NCBI GenBank assembly: GCA_013178155.1
Contig: JABLXH010000015.1
Span: 4,233 to 68,232 of the forward strand
From: Armatimonadota bacterium
GTDB lineage: Bacteria; Armatimonadota; Zipacnadia; Zipacnadales; UBA11051
Direction: 5' to 3'
Length of the DNA stretch: 64,000 nucleotides
The notes under the pieces are model-generated. The model was given only the letters and a program-made list of their open reading frames with translations. It was not told the origin of the DNA and ran no database searches. Position 1 is the stretch's first letter, and the number at the start of each line of letters is the position of its first letter. Shown here piece after piece: positions 28,873 to 38,445 of the stretch. The position numbers were made by a program, and so were the translations under genes.

Positions 28873-30015
28873 TCACCAATCGATCTCCGGCACTTCCACC
28901 AGCCCCCCGCCCGACCTCATGCTTTCGGCCCCCGCGCAGCCGGCGGCGACACTCATGCGGCCCGCAATGGGGGTCGCCAGGGGCTCCTTGCCCTCGATGA
29001 CCATGTCCAGGAAGTCCTCGGTGATGACCGGGTCGGCGCCGCCGTGGCCGCCCATGGCCGGACGGATCTCGTAGGTGCGGTCGGCCAGCTCTTTCCAGGT
29101 GTGCGCCCGGCGCATCTTCACCCAGACCTTGTTCTCCGGCTCGGAGTTCTCCACCCGCCCCTCGGTGCCGATGACCACGTAGTTGCGGTGGTAATCCGGG
29201 GTGAAGTGGCACTGCAGGTAGCTGGCCTTGATACCGCCGTCCAGCTCCATGATCATCACATTGTTGTCCTCGACATCCACCTCCTGACGGAAGCAGCACT
29301 GGTTGCGCGGGCAATCGGGGTCAGCCGCTTCCCAGCAGGTGTCCTGGAGTTCGCAGTCGGGACAGCGCAAGTCGTTGGGCCTGTCGCCACCGAACATGTC
29401 GAGGCTGCCGAAGGCTGCGACCTTCCTGGTGTACTGCCCGGTCAGCCAATGGATCATGTCCAGGTCATGGCTGCCCTTCTGGAGCAGCAGGGAGTAGCTG
29501 CCCCGGCGGGTGGCGTGCCAGTCTTGGTAGTAGAAGGTGCGCCCATACCCCACGAAGTGCCGGCACCAGACGGCCTTCGGCTCGCCGATGGTCCCGGTGT
29601 CAATGATCTCCTTCATCACCCGGAAGATGTTCATATACCGCATGTTGAAGCCGACCATCAGGTGCTTGCCCGAGGCTTTCCAGGTACGCAGGATGTGGTC
29701 ACATCCGGCGGTGGAGATGGCCAGGGGCTTCTCGCAGAATACGTGCTTGCCGGCCTCCAGCGCCGCACACGCGTGCTCCTCGTGGACGAAGTCCGGCGAG
29801 GTGACGGCGATGGCGTCCACGTCGTCGCGGTCCAGCAGTTCGCGGTACTCCTTGGTGACAAACACGTCGTCGCCCATGCGGCGGCGGAAGTCCGCCAGGG
29901 CCGCATCGCTGACATCCGCTCCTCCGACGACCATGGCGCGCTTGTTGTCGCGCCAGTTGTTGGCGATGCCTCCGCGTCCGCAGACGCCGATCACCCCGAT
30001 GCGTAGCTTGCCCAA
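28873..30015 (-). CDS. Gfo/Idh/MocA family oxidoreductase
   Basis: IGVIGVCGRG, CEKPLA, GFNMRY, LLQKGSHDLD, GGHGGAD; TTG start after AGGAGG. Confidence 0.92.
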   Translation of the reverse strand: MGKLRIGVIGVCGRGGIANNWRDNKRAMVVGGADVSDAALADFRRRMGDDVFVTKEYRELLDRDDVDAIAVTSPDFVHEEHACAALEAGKHVFCEKPLAISTAGCDHILRTWKASGKHLMVGFNMRYMNIFRVMKEIIDTGTIGEPKAVWCRHFVGYGRTFYYQDWHATRRGSYSLLLQKGSHDLDMIHWLTGQYTRKVAAFGSLDMFGGDRPNDLRCPDCELQDTCWEAADPDCPRNQCCFRQEVDVEDNNVMIMELDGGIKASYLQCHFTPDYHRNYVVIGTEGRVENSEPENKVWVKMRRAHTWKELADRTYEIRPAMGGHGGADPVITEDFLDMVIEGKEPLATPIAGRMSVAAGCAGAESMRSGGGLVEVPEIDW

Positions 30016-30150
30016 GTGCAGCAACCTCCTTACGTACGGCTCGACATGATGCCGGGCAGTTCGCTGCCAGTGCCGCCGGACCTGCCCGGAGTATTGCCTC
30101 TTGCCTGCGGTTAGTGTATCCTCCGCCCACAAGGGGTGCCACTAGCCGCA

Positions 30151-32403
30151 ATGACCACACTCTCGCGCCAGCAGACTGCTCACGCCCTGCGCCACTTCAA
30201 CATTTGTGGGAGCCTCTGGGCTATCTATGGGCCCAACGCGACCGCCGCTGGAGCCATCTTCTCGGGTCTGGCGCTCCACATGGGCCTCACCGAGGCGCAA
30301 ATCGCGTTCCTCGTCAGTCTTTCGAGCCTGGCCGGGGCCTGGCAGCTCTTCAGCTTCTACGTCACCCGTGGCGTGCGCAGCAAGGCCCGCTTCATGATGG
30401 TCTTTGGGGCCCTGGAGATCACCTTCGCCAGTGCGGTCGTGCTCGTCTACTACCTGCCGCCGGCCTGGCGCTTTCCCCTGACGGCAGTGTTGCTCATCGG
30501 CGCCTATGTCCTGGGGAACACCAACAGCCCGCTGTTTGCCAACTGGTTCTCCAACGTGCTGCCGGAGGACACGCGCGCCAGTTTCCTCGGACGCCGCTGG
30601 TTCATCATCACCCTGGTGAGCATGGTGTACCTGTATGCGGCCAGCCGCTGGCTGGACTTCATGGGCAAGACCCACGAGGCCTTCATGACGGTCTTTTTCG
30701 TGGGCTGGATCACCGGCATCATGGGCTATGGGATGCTCATGCTCACGCCTCATCCCGAACTGGCCGAGGCCGAACGCCGCGGCTTTGCCCGCAGCCTGCT
30801 GGCGCCCTTCCGCAACCGGGCCTTCGTCCGGCTTTCGGTGTATCAGTTCACGCGCACCATGTCCTACATGCTTGCTGGCGCCTTCTATGGCGTCTACATG
30901 ATCAAGTACCTGGAGCTAAGCTACAGCCAGATCGCCATCTACACTAACATCACGCTGTTCATGATGGTGGTCGGGTACCTGGCCGTCGGCAACCTGGCCC
31001 AACGGTACGGCAGCAAGCCCATCTTGCAGTTGCTCATTGTCCCGGCGCTGGCCGTGCCCGCCCTCTTCGCCCTGACCACCGGCGACAACTACCGGCTGCT
31101 CCTGCCCATTGCCTCCTTCATCAACGGCCTGTGCATCGCGGGGCTGGACATCGCAGTGAGCACCCTGCTGTACAAGACCCTCCCCGGCGGTGAGGAGAAC
31201 AGCGTCTACTTCGCCAACTGGAACAGCATCATCTCGGCCGCTGCGGCCTTCGGCCCCTTTGTGGGCGGCCTGCTCAAAACCTACCTGCCCGCCACTATGG
31301 TCGTGGCCGGGGTGGAGCTCAGCAACCTGCGGGTCATCTTCGCTCTGGCGACCGCCGTCTCGCTGATCCCTCTGGTGCTGTCGGCCTTCCTCCAGGAGGG
31401 CGAGGCCATCTCGCCCATCTACGTGCTTGGGCAGTTCCGTGGCAATCTGTTGTCGCTGGCCTACAACTACGGCCTGTTCACGATGGCCCGCAGCCATGAA
31501 CTGCGGGCCGAGGCGCTGCTGCGCCTGGGGCGCACGCGGTCCCCACTGGCCGTGGATCGGCTCCTGCGCGGCCTCAACGATGTCAGCCACGAGGTACGCG
31601 CCAAGGCCGCCCGCGCTCTTGGTGAAGGCCGCTTTGCCGAGGCGGTCGAGCCGTTGACCCGGGAACTACTGGACAAGGAGTCTGACATCCGCCCCGAGGC
31701 CGCCGAGGCGCTTGGCAAGATTGGGGCCGCTCCGGCGGTGCTGCTGGAGGCCCTGCGCGATGAGGACAACCGTGTCCGCGTCAGCGCCGCTGTCGCCCTG
31801 GGCGAGCTGCACACACCGGAGGCCCAGGAGGCGCTGCTGGAGGCCCTGCGCGGCGAGTTCGACCGGAACCTGTTCCCCACCCTGGTGGATGCCGCGAGTC
31901 GCGACGGCGACCTGCGGCTGCTGTTGCCGGCCCTGGAGGGGTTGACCAAACTGCATGCGCCTATCGTCCGCCTGCAGGTGATCAACGGGATCTGTCGTGT
32001 GCTGGGCGAAAAGAACCACTACTATCGGCTGGCGACAGCCGATGAGCTGACGCAGGGGCGCATGCGCGAGAAGATGATGGAGCGCATCCGCCGGCTGCTG
32101 AGCCGCTCGCGCTACGGCAACGAGGAGCAGAAGCAAGCCCTGGCGGACCTTGGTGTGCGTCTGGAGGCAGCGCTTGACCGCGATGACCTGGACACCTTCG
32201 CCGGGCTGGCCCTGGAGGTGGCGGGGATCGTGCGGCAACTGGACCTTGACCGCCCCATTCCGCACCACGCCGCCCTGGCGATCCAGCACTACCTGGCGCA
32301 CATCGCGGACGACACGCCGCCTGATGAGGTGATCGTCTTCCTGGTCACGCTGCTGACAGCCCTGGCCCGCGGCGTGGCCGAACCCACCCCGGCGCGGACC
32401 TGA
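30151..32403 (+). CDS. MFS transporter fused to C-terminal HEAT repeats
   Basis: About 12 hydrophobic helices in the first ~420 aa, then HEAT units (LNDVSHEVRAKAARALG, LDKESDIRPEAAEALG, LRDEDNRVRVSAAVALG). Alternative GTG start at 30136. Confidence 0.85.
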   Translation: MTTLSRQQTAHALRHFNICGSLWAIYGPNATAAGAIFSGLALHMGLTEAQIAFLVSLSSLAGAWQLFSFYVTRGVRSKARFMMVFGALEITFASAVVLVYYLPPAWRFPLTAVLLIGAYVLGNTNSPLFANWFSNVLPEDTRASFLGRRWFIITLVSMVYLYAASRWLDFMGKTHEAFMTVFFVGWITGIMGYGMLMLTPHPELAEAERRGFARSLLAPFRNRAFVRLSVYQFTRTMSYMLAGAFYGVYMIKYLELSYSQIAIYTNITLFMMVVGYLAVGNLAQRYGSKPILQLLIVPALAVPALFALTTGDNYRLLLPIASFINGLCIAGLDIAVSTLLYKTLPGGEENSVYFANWNSIISAAAAFGPFVGGLLKTYLPATMVVAGVELSNLRVIFALATAVSLIPLVLSAFLQEGEAISPIYVLGQFRGNLLSLAYNYGLFTMARSHELRAEALLRLGRTRSPLAVDRLLRGLNDVSHEVRAKAARALGEGRFAEAVEPLTRELLDKESDIRPEAAEALGKIGAAPAVLLEALRDEDNRVRVSAAVALGELHTPEAQEALLEALRGEFDRNLFPTLVDAASRDGDLRLLLPALEGLTKLHAPIVRLQVINGICRVLGEKNHYYRLATADELTQGRMREKMMERIRRLLSRSRYGNEEQKQALADLGVRLEAALDRDDLDTFAGLALEVAGIVRQLDLDRPIPHHAALAIQHYLAHIADDTPPDEVIVFLVTLLTALARGVAEPTPART

Positions 32404-32424
32404 CGTACCGGGTCCCGACAATGC

Positions 32425-32453
32425 TTTACACCGGCGCGCGGGTCTGCTATACT
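32425..32453 (+). promoter_or_regulatory. Sigma70-type promoter of tRNA-Val
   Basis: TTTACA-17 bp-TATACT, 14 bp upstream of the tRNA. Confidence 0.7.
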
Positions 32454-32467
32454 TCCTGCCCCGGAGT

Positions 32468-32543
32468 GCGCGCTTAGTTCAGTGGCTAGAACGCTACCTT
32501 GACACGGTAGAGGCCGGTGGTTCAATTCCACCAGCGCGCACCA
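32468..32543 (+). tRNA. tRNA-Val(GAC)
   Basis: Acceptor GCGCGCT/AGCGCGC, anticodon arm CTACC-TTGACAC-GGTAG, T arm GGTGG-TTCAATT-CCACC, encoded CCA; 76 nt. Confidence 0.97.
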
Positions 32544-32666
32544 TCCAGAGACTACCGCCGGCAGGAGGCAGACGGTGTCCGCACATTCAGGAGCCGTTGT
32601 GCGCTGCACTACGCCGGTCGCATAGCGCGGCCGCCTTCCCAAGGCGTCTCATACCTGGTCGTAACC

Positions 32667-32699
32667 CGCCGCGTCGGAAGCATCACGACGCGGCGTTTT
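32667..32699 (+). terminator. Intrinsic terminator between tRNA-Val and thrS
   Basis: cgccgcgtcg-9 nt loop-cgacgcggcg followed by TTTT. Confidence 0.65.
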
Positions 32700-32732
32700 G
32701 CTGTGTAAGGTCATCGCGAAGGAGAGCTCACC

Positions 32733-34727
32733 ATGAGCGACGAGATCACCTTGACACTCCCGGACGGGTCAGAGAAGCGGGTCGCGGCGGGCACGACTCC
32801 CCTGCAGGTGGCCGAGCAGATCGGCCCGCGCCTGGCCCAGGCGGCCGTGGCGGCCAAGCTCAACGGAGCGGTGATCGGACTGGGCACTCCGCTGCAGCAG
32901 GGCGGCGAGTTCTCCATCCTGACCTTCAAGGACCCCGAAGGGCGGGACGTCTATTGGCACTCAGCGGCCCATGTCATGGCTGACGCCGTCGTGCGCCTTT
33001 TCCCGCAGGCCAAGCCCACCATCGGCCCCGCCATCGAGGAGGGCTTCTATTACGATTTCCACATGGACCGACCCTTCACCGACGATGACCTGGCGCGCAT
33101 TGAGGCCGAGATGCAGCGCATTGTCGCTGCCGATGAGCCCTTCACCTGCGCCTATCTGAGCGCTGCCGAGGCCCGGCGGCGGTACGAGGCCCTGGGCAAT
33201 GAGTACAAGACCGAACTGGTGGCCGACATCGTGGCTCTGGAGAACGGCCTGGAGCCCCCCCGGGGGCGAGAAGCTATCGAACGGTTCGAGGCGGAGCACG
33301 AACGCGAGTACGAGCAGGTTCGGGTCAGCATCTACGACCACGGCCAGTTCAGCGACCTCTGCCGCGGCCCCCATATCCCTTCCACCGGCCGCCTGAAAGC
33401 GTTCAAGCTTACCTCCACCTCGGGGGCCTACTGGCGCGGGTCAGAGATGAACCCAATGCTGCAGCGCATCTATGGCATTGCTTACCCCGACCAGAAGCTT
33501 CTCGACGAGTACCTGGAAAGACTGGAGCAGGCCAGACAGCGCGACCACCGCAAGCTCGGGCGCGAACTGGATCTGTTCTCCTTCCACGAGGAGGCCGGCG
33601 CGGGGCTGCCCTACTATCATCCCAAGGGCGCCATGCTGCGCTACCTGGTGACCGAGTTCGCAACCCGTGAACACCTCAAGCGAGGGTACCAGCTCCTGCG
33701 CACCCCCCACCTCATCAAATCAGACATCTGGTACATCTCCGGCCATGCCCAGCAGGGCTATCCGATGTACTATACCGAGATTGAGGGCCAGTCTTACGGC
33801 ATCAAGCCCATGAACTGCCCGGGCCACATTCTCATCTACAAGACCCACAAGCGCTCCTACCGCGAACTGCCGCTGCGGTACTTCGAGCTGGGCACGGTCT
33901 ACCGCCACGAGCGCAGCGGTGTGCTGCACGGTCTGCTGCGGGTGCGGGGGTTCACGCAGGACGACGCCCACATCTTCTGCACGCCTGGCCAGCTCAATGC
34001 CGAGATCATCGGGGTCATCGACTTCGCTGACTTCATGCTGCGGACGTTTGGCTTTGAGCACTTCCAGGTCTATCTGTCCACGCGGCCGGAGAAGTCCGTC
34101 GGCAGCGACGAGCAGTGGGAGATGGCCACTAACGCCCTCATCTCGGCGCTCAATGAGAAGGGCCTGGAGTTTGACATTGACGAGGGCGGCGGCGCCTTCT
34201 ATGGGCCAAAGATCGACGTCAAGGTCCGCGACGCCATCGGCCGCATGTGGCAATGCGCCACCATCCAGTGCGACTTCACCCAGCCCGAGCGCTTTGATGT
34301 GACCTACGTCGGCGAGGACGGCCAGGAGCACCGCCCGGTGATGATCCACCGCGTCGTGCTGGCCGGCATCGAGCGGTTCCTGGGTATCATGATCGAGAAC
34401 TACGGCGGGGCCTTCCCCGTGTGGCTGGCGCCGGTGCAGGCCCGAGTGCTGCCCATCACCGACAAGCAACTCGACTACGCCGCTGAGGTCACGCGCACCC
34501 TCCGTGATGCGGGCTTTCGGGTAGAGTTGGACGAGAGCAGCAGCACCCTCGGCGCCAAGATCCGCGACGCCGAGCTGCAGAAGCTGCCCTACAGCCTCAT
34601 CGTTGGCGCCAAGGAAGCCGAGGCCGGCACGGTGGCCGTGCGCCATCGCGAACAGGGCGACCTCGGCCCGGTACCCCTGGCGGACTTCATGGCGCGACTG
34701 GCCGAGGAGAACGCGCCGGGGAAGTAG
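32733..34727 (+). CDS. thrS: Threonine--tRNA ligase
   Basis: TGS domain, HSAAH, DLCRGPH, GAYWRG, RDHRKLG, KPMNCPGH, LLRVRGFTQDDAH, AFYGPKID, PVMIHR, FPVWLAPVQ. Confidence 0.98.
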   Translation: MSDEITLTLPDGSEKRVAAGTTPLQVAEQIGPRLAQAAVAAKLNGAVIGLGTPLQQGGEFSILTFKDPEGRDVYWHSAAHVMADAVVRLFPQAKPTIGPAIEEGFYYDFHMDRPFTDDDLARIEAEMQRIVAADEPFTCAYLSAAEARRRYEALGNEYKTELVADIVALENGLEPPRGREAIERFEAEHEREYEQVRVSIYDHGQFSDLCRGPHIPSTGRLKAFKLTSTSGAYWRGSEMNPMLQRIYGIAYPDQKLLDEYLERLEQARQRDHRKLGRELDLFSFHEEAGAGLPYYHPKGAMLRYLVTEFATREHLKRGYQLLRTPHLIKSDIWYISGHAQQGYPMYYTEIEGQSYGIKPMNCPGHILIYKTHKRSYRELPLRYFELGTVYRHERSGVLHGLLRVRGFTQDDAHIFCTPGQLNAEIIGVIDFADFMLRTFGFEHFQVYLSTRPEKSVGSDEQWEMATNALISALNEKGLEFDIDEGGGAFYGPKIDVKVRDAIGRMWQCATIQCDFTQPERFDVTYVGEDGQEHRPVMIHRVVLAGIERFLGIMIENYGGAFPVWLAPVQARVLPITDKQLDYAAEVTRTLRDAGFRVELDESSSTLGAKIRDAELQKLPYSLIVGAKEAEAGTVAVRHREQGDLGPVPLADFMARLAEENAPGK

Positions 34728-34748
34728 AAGTCCAAGCACCTCCGAATG

Positions 34749-34782
34749 GCAGCAGGGCGGCTAATTTACACCGCCCCGCTGC
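34749..34782. terminator. Hairpin between convergent thrS and AIPR genes
   Basis: gcagcagggcgg-ctaatttaca-ccgccccgctgc (one mismatch). Confidence 0.5.
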
Positions 34783-34819
34783 TTCGTCGACGGACGAGCG
34801 CGTAGAAGTGTTCTGCCTA

Positions 34820-36010
34820 CTACCTCCGCTTCTTGAGTTCGTCCTCAAGATACCACCGACGCACTTCGGAGTATACGGCCGCGTACACCGACTCATCGCG
34901 GCCCACCAAGTGAGGGTCACCGTTCCTATTATCACTAGCGGTCATCACAGTGTCTACAAGGCGCTTGCCATGAGCGTCGAAGAACAGCCGCGGGTCGGTC
35001 GTCCATTGGAAGCTGTCGTCAGGTCCCGGAATGAGCAGAGCTCTGAACCCAGCGAGAACCGGGAAAGCTAGCCCCTTCTCCACTGGGTACCTGCCCTCCT
35101 TACCGATGAAGTGGTACGTCGCCACCGACTTACGCCCACGCTTCCGTCGATTGGCCTCTATAGTCTTGCCATACTTACCACGCTCACCGGTCTCATCCGG
35201 CGCGTTGTAGAGATCGGGCCACCTATACCTTATGTAGTCATAGAGTTCACACACGTCGACCGCGACACGCGCGAGTTTTCGGTATCCCCAGCGATCTCCC
35301 GGCTCTAGCGACCAGTCCAAGCACTTGGCTGCGTTCCTATAGGCGTCAACGGGATGATCATTGTCGCTGAACCGCGTGGGATTGACACAAGTCAGCATTT
35401 GCAGGATCTCTAGGACCAGAACGGGTTCGGGGTCGTTCTCGCTAAACCGGACAAGCTTTGCCTTGTCGCCGAGCGCCTTTATCAGCCACTCGAAGCTTCC
35501 CTTCTTGTTCTCCAAGCTGAACGTCTTGAGACTCATTGAGTAGTTGCGTGCCTGAGCAATATCGAGCAGGTGTTCCTCGACACCAAGCATGATTTCCAGG
35601 CGCACGCGCTGGTCAGCCTCGTCGCGTGCAGGCATCGATTCGCTGTCCTCAACTACCACGCTCTTGATGGAGTGAAAGGTATGTCCTCCGTCGATTATCC
35701 CATAGCGAGGATCGTCGTTAGGGATGTCAAGAACCAGCTTTGCGGTCTTGGGGTCGTAGTCCACAGACCGCGCCGAGATCGTTATTCCCCGGTTCAGCAA
35801 ATGGAAGCGCCCATCCCAACGCCGCAGCGACTCCTGTATACGCTTGACGACCGGCGTCTTCGGCTTGGGGATACGTGGGTCCGGCCCCATGTCTAGGTCA
35901 TGCGGCACATCGCGGACGGATAGCAGGACGTAGTAAGTCTTGGAACCCCTAGTAAAGGGATCGGGAATGGAGCGGACCGAATCGCTGGGAACGGAGAGGG
36001 TGTACTGCAT
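34820..36010 (-). CDS. AIPR family protein (abortive infection phage resistance; ParB-like fold)
   Basis: DPR, FHLLNRGITISA, GIIDGGHT, IAQARN motifs; visibly lower GC than flanks. Confidence 0.8.
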   Translation of the reverse strand: MQYTLSVPSDSVRSIPDPFTRGSKTYYVLLSVRDVPHDLDMGPDPRIPKPKTPVVKRIQESLRRWDGRFHLLNRGITISARSVDYDPKTAKLVLDIPNDDPRYGIIDGGHTFHSIKSVVVEDSESMPARDEADQRVRLEIMLGVEEHLLDIAQARNYSMSLKTFSLENKKGSFEWLIKALGDKAKLVRFSENDPEPVLVLEILQMLTCVNPTRFSDNDHPVDAYRNAAKCLDWSLEPGDRWGYRKLARVAVDVCELYDYIRYRWPDLYNAPDETGERGKYGKTIEANRRKRGRKSVATYHFIGKEGRYPVEKGLAFPVLAGFRALLIPGPDDSFQWTTDPRLFFDAHGKRLVDTVMTASDNRNGDPHLVGRDESVYAAVYSEVRRWYLEDELKKRR

Positions 36011-36100
36011 GGCTATATCATCCTTTCGGGCCGCAACGCCGCTGCGATTGCGCCCACATTCATTGATAGCTGCGAGGGTCGCCCGCTCGAGCTGCCGAAG

Positions 36101-36130
36101 ATACTACACTGTGGGGGAACTGTCTGTCAA
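36101..36130 (-). promoter_or_regulatory. Sigma70-type promoter for the AIPR gene
   Basis: Minus strand TTGACA-18 bp-TAGTAT, about 90 bp upstream of the ATG, which has an AAAGGA RBS. Confidence 0.6.
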
Positions 36131-36418
36131 GCCCCGAGCCTATCTTCAAAATGCGCGCTTCGTCTTGAGTCCCGCCTTGCTGGGACGAAGTCTTTGTGAC
36201 TCGGTCGCCGAAGCGAGAACTACGGTCGTGCACGCGACTTACACAGTTACACTTGGAGACAGGATGGGGTTCCGGTCGAAGGGCGGGGGTAGCGGCAACG
36301 GCGTAACTTCGTCAAGACCGAAGATGGGACTGATGACCCGGGCCAAGGCTGCTCCCCCTGTAAGCTGGTACTGTGCTCCCCAGCGCGATGCCTGGGCATA
36401 CAGGATAGGATGGATGGC

Positions 36419-37393
36419 TCAAGGTCCAAGGGGTACATTGCTCAAGCTGCGTCCATGGTCCCGCCGCGGTCTCGCTGGCCGGGTGAGATACCTGTCTACC
36501 GTTGCCCATTTGGCGCAGCGCGCTAGCGCATACAGTGCCCGCCCGTAGCTCAAGTGGGTGGCTCGTCTCACCGGTCGGTCTCCCGGCGAGTTCTGCTCTC
36601 CGGCGCTGAGCTGCCGCTGGGGCACACGGCGTCCCAGCCAGCCGAGACAGTAGCGGCACGCCTCCAGTGGCTGGCGGGCAAACAGGTACTCGCGCACCCG
36701 CGCCAACAGATCCCCCGGAGCATGCAGGTCCACCCCATCGGCGGACGGGGTATAGCCGTCAAGCCCCAGTCGGTCCAGGTATCCCGGCAGGTTCACCGGC
36801 ATGCTGCACTTGTACAGCCACCCGTCACTGAACATGTGGCAGTGCTGCCGGTGCGCGACCCCGCAAGTGGAGTAGATGATCCGCGTCCAGAGGTCCATCG
36901 GATGGGGAGAGGTGACAGCGGCCGTGCGGAACTCGCGAACCTGCTCCACGATGAGGCGTACACGATGAGTGCGGGCCTGCGCCGCGGCGGCCTCCAGGAC
37001 CGCCTCGCTCGGCGGCGTCTGTGGGTAGAGACTGACCCGGACAACGTCTACATAGCGCCAGAGATCGTCAGTCACTGTGGGCAGCAGCAGACCGTTGGTG
37101 GTCACGGTGACCGTCCTGGCGATGCCCGATTCACGGGCCAGCCGCGCCATCGCGGGAAGCTCCGGGTTCAGCAACGGTTCGCCACCCAGCAGCACGAGGG
37201 TCCGCGCCCGGATCACCGTGGCAAGCTGCTGGAGATGGGCCGCAAAGCTTTTGGCGGAGGGCAACCGCCGGGGGACGTAGGGCGACAGATGGGAGCAGTG
37301 GGCACAGCGCAGATTGCAGTGGTGCGCGGCAGAAAACTGAATGGCTACGGTGTGTATCCGGCCATCTCTGAACTCGTAGAGCACTCCCCGCAT
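36419..37393 (-). CDS. Radical SAM protein with C-terminal Cys-rich (twitch/SPASM-like) region
   Basis: CNLRCAHC, LGGEPLL, TTNG, C..HC......LYKC, ACRYC. Confidence 0.88.
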   Translation of the reverse strand: MRGVLYEFRDGRIHTVAIQFSAAHHCNLRCAHCSHLSPYVPRRLPSAKSFAAHLQQLATVIRARTLVLLGGEPLLNPELPAMARLARESGIARTVTVTTNGLLLPTVTDDLWRYVDVVRVSLYPQTPPSEAVLEAAAAQARTHRVRLIVEQVREFRTAAVTSPHPMDLWTRIIYSTCGVAHRQHCHMFSDGWLYKCSMPVNLPGYLDRLGLDGYTPSADGVDLHAPGDLLARVREYLFARQPLEACRYCLGWLGRRVPQRQLSAGEQNSPGDRPVRRATHLSYGRALYALARCAKWATVDRYLTRPARPRRDHGRSLSNVPLGP

Positions 37394-38445
37394 GTCACCC
37401 CCTTGGCCCGCGACGAAGCTACGCCGCCCAAGCCTCCCCGGAGCCGCCAGGTCTGTCGGCGGAGCGACTGAACCGAACGCATGCAGGAGCGGACAACGTG
37501 CGGTGGCAGCAGAAGCGAGGCGCACGCGACATGGGCGGTGAGGGACCGTGGCTCTACGTCCAGAGCCGCGTCGAAGGCAGCCCCGGCTTCCTGTCGCTGC
37601 CCGGCGCCAAGGTAGAGAAGCCCCCGGGTACAGTGATATGCGACCACCTTGGAGCGAGCCCGACGTTGCAGCTGCGGATCACTGGACAGTCGCTCAAGGG
37701 CCGTCTGGAGGTCAAACTCGCCGCCGTTGCCATCGGCCTGGGCACGCTCCCAGGCCAGCGCCGAGTAGATCACCTGATCGTGGCGACGAGCGTAAGTGAG
37801 TTGCGCGCAGTGCACGCGATGATGCACCAGCGGTGTCTGAAGGTAGCCGAAGCGCGCTCGTGCGGCCGCGAGGCGCACAAACAGGTCGTAGTCACAGGAG
37901 ACCGGGAAGAACGGATCGTAGCCGCCAATGCCGCGCAGGGCCTCGGTGCGGATCATGGTAGAGGAGTGCACCAGCGGCAGTGACTGTCGCGCCAGGGTCT
38001 GCCGCAAGGGGGCCTTCGCCAGGCCACAGGCCCGTCCCCAGATGACCTCCCCCTGGTCATTGATGAGAGCCGCTCCGCTGCCGACCACGCTCAGGCCGGG
38101 GTCGGCGGCGAAGGCCCGCAGACTGAACTCCAGGCGAGTGGGCACCGACACGTCGTCGCAGTCGTGGATCGCCACAAAGTCTCCGCTTGCCGCGGCCAGG
38201 CCCCGGTTCAGCGCTCCGCCCGGCCCCATCCGGGTGGTGTTACGCAGCAGCCGTATTCGCTTGTCGCTTGCTGCCAGCCCTGCTACCACCGCCGCCGTGG
38301 CGTCTTCCGAGGCATCGTCTATGCAGATGAGTTCCCAGTGCTGGTAGGTCTGCGCCTGGACGCTACGGAGGGCGGCCTCCAGGAAGCGGACACCGTTGCG
38401 AGCGGGCATCAGCACCGACACGAGTGGGGTCCTCAGTTCGGGCAC
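37345..38445 (-). CDS. Glycosyltransferase family 2 protein (start uncertain)
   Basis: PLVSVLMPARN, IDDASED, ALNRG, HDCDD, GGYD, CDYDL; TPR-like C-terminal helices. Confidence 0.88.
   Translation of the reverse strand: MPELRTPLVSVLMPARNGVRFLEAALRSVQAQTYQHWELICIDDASEDATAAVVAGLAASDKRIRLLRNTTRMGPGGALNRGLAAASGDFVAIHDCDDVSVPTRLEFSLRAFAADPGLSVVGSGAALINDQGEVIWGRACGLAKAPLRQTLARQSLPLVHSSTMIRTEALRGIGGYDPFFPVSCDYDLFVRLAAARARFGYLQTPLVHHRVHCAQLTYARRHDQVIYSALAWERAQADGNGGEFDLQTALERLSSDPQLQRRARSKVVAYHCTRGLLYLGAGQRQEAGAAFDAALDVEPRSLTAHVACASLLLPPHVVRSCMRSVQSLRRQTWRLRGGLGGVASSRAKGVTCGECSTSSEMAGYTP

Noticed and set aside
32544-32732. T-box riboswitch before thrS
   Set aside because: No UGGNACC antiterminator bulge or recognisable stem I motifs.
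36325-36370. CTGATGA hammerhead-like core in the intergenic region upstream of AIPR
   Set aside because: No following stem II and GAAA element.
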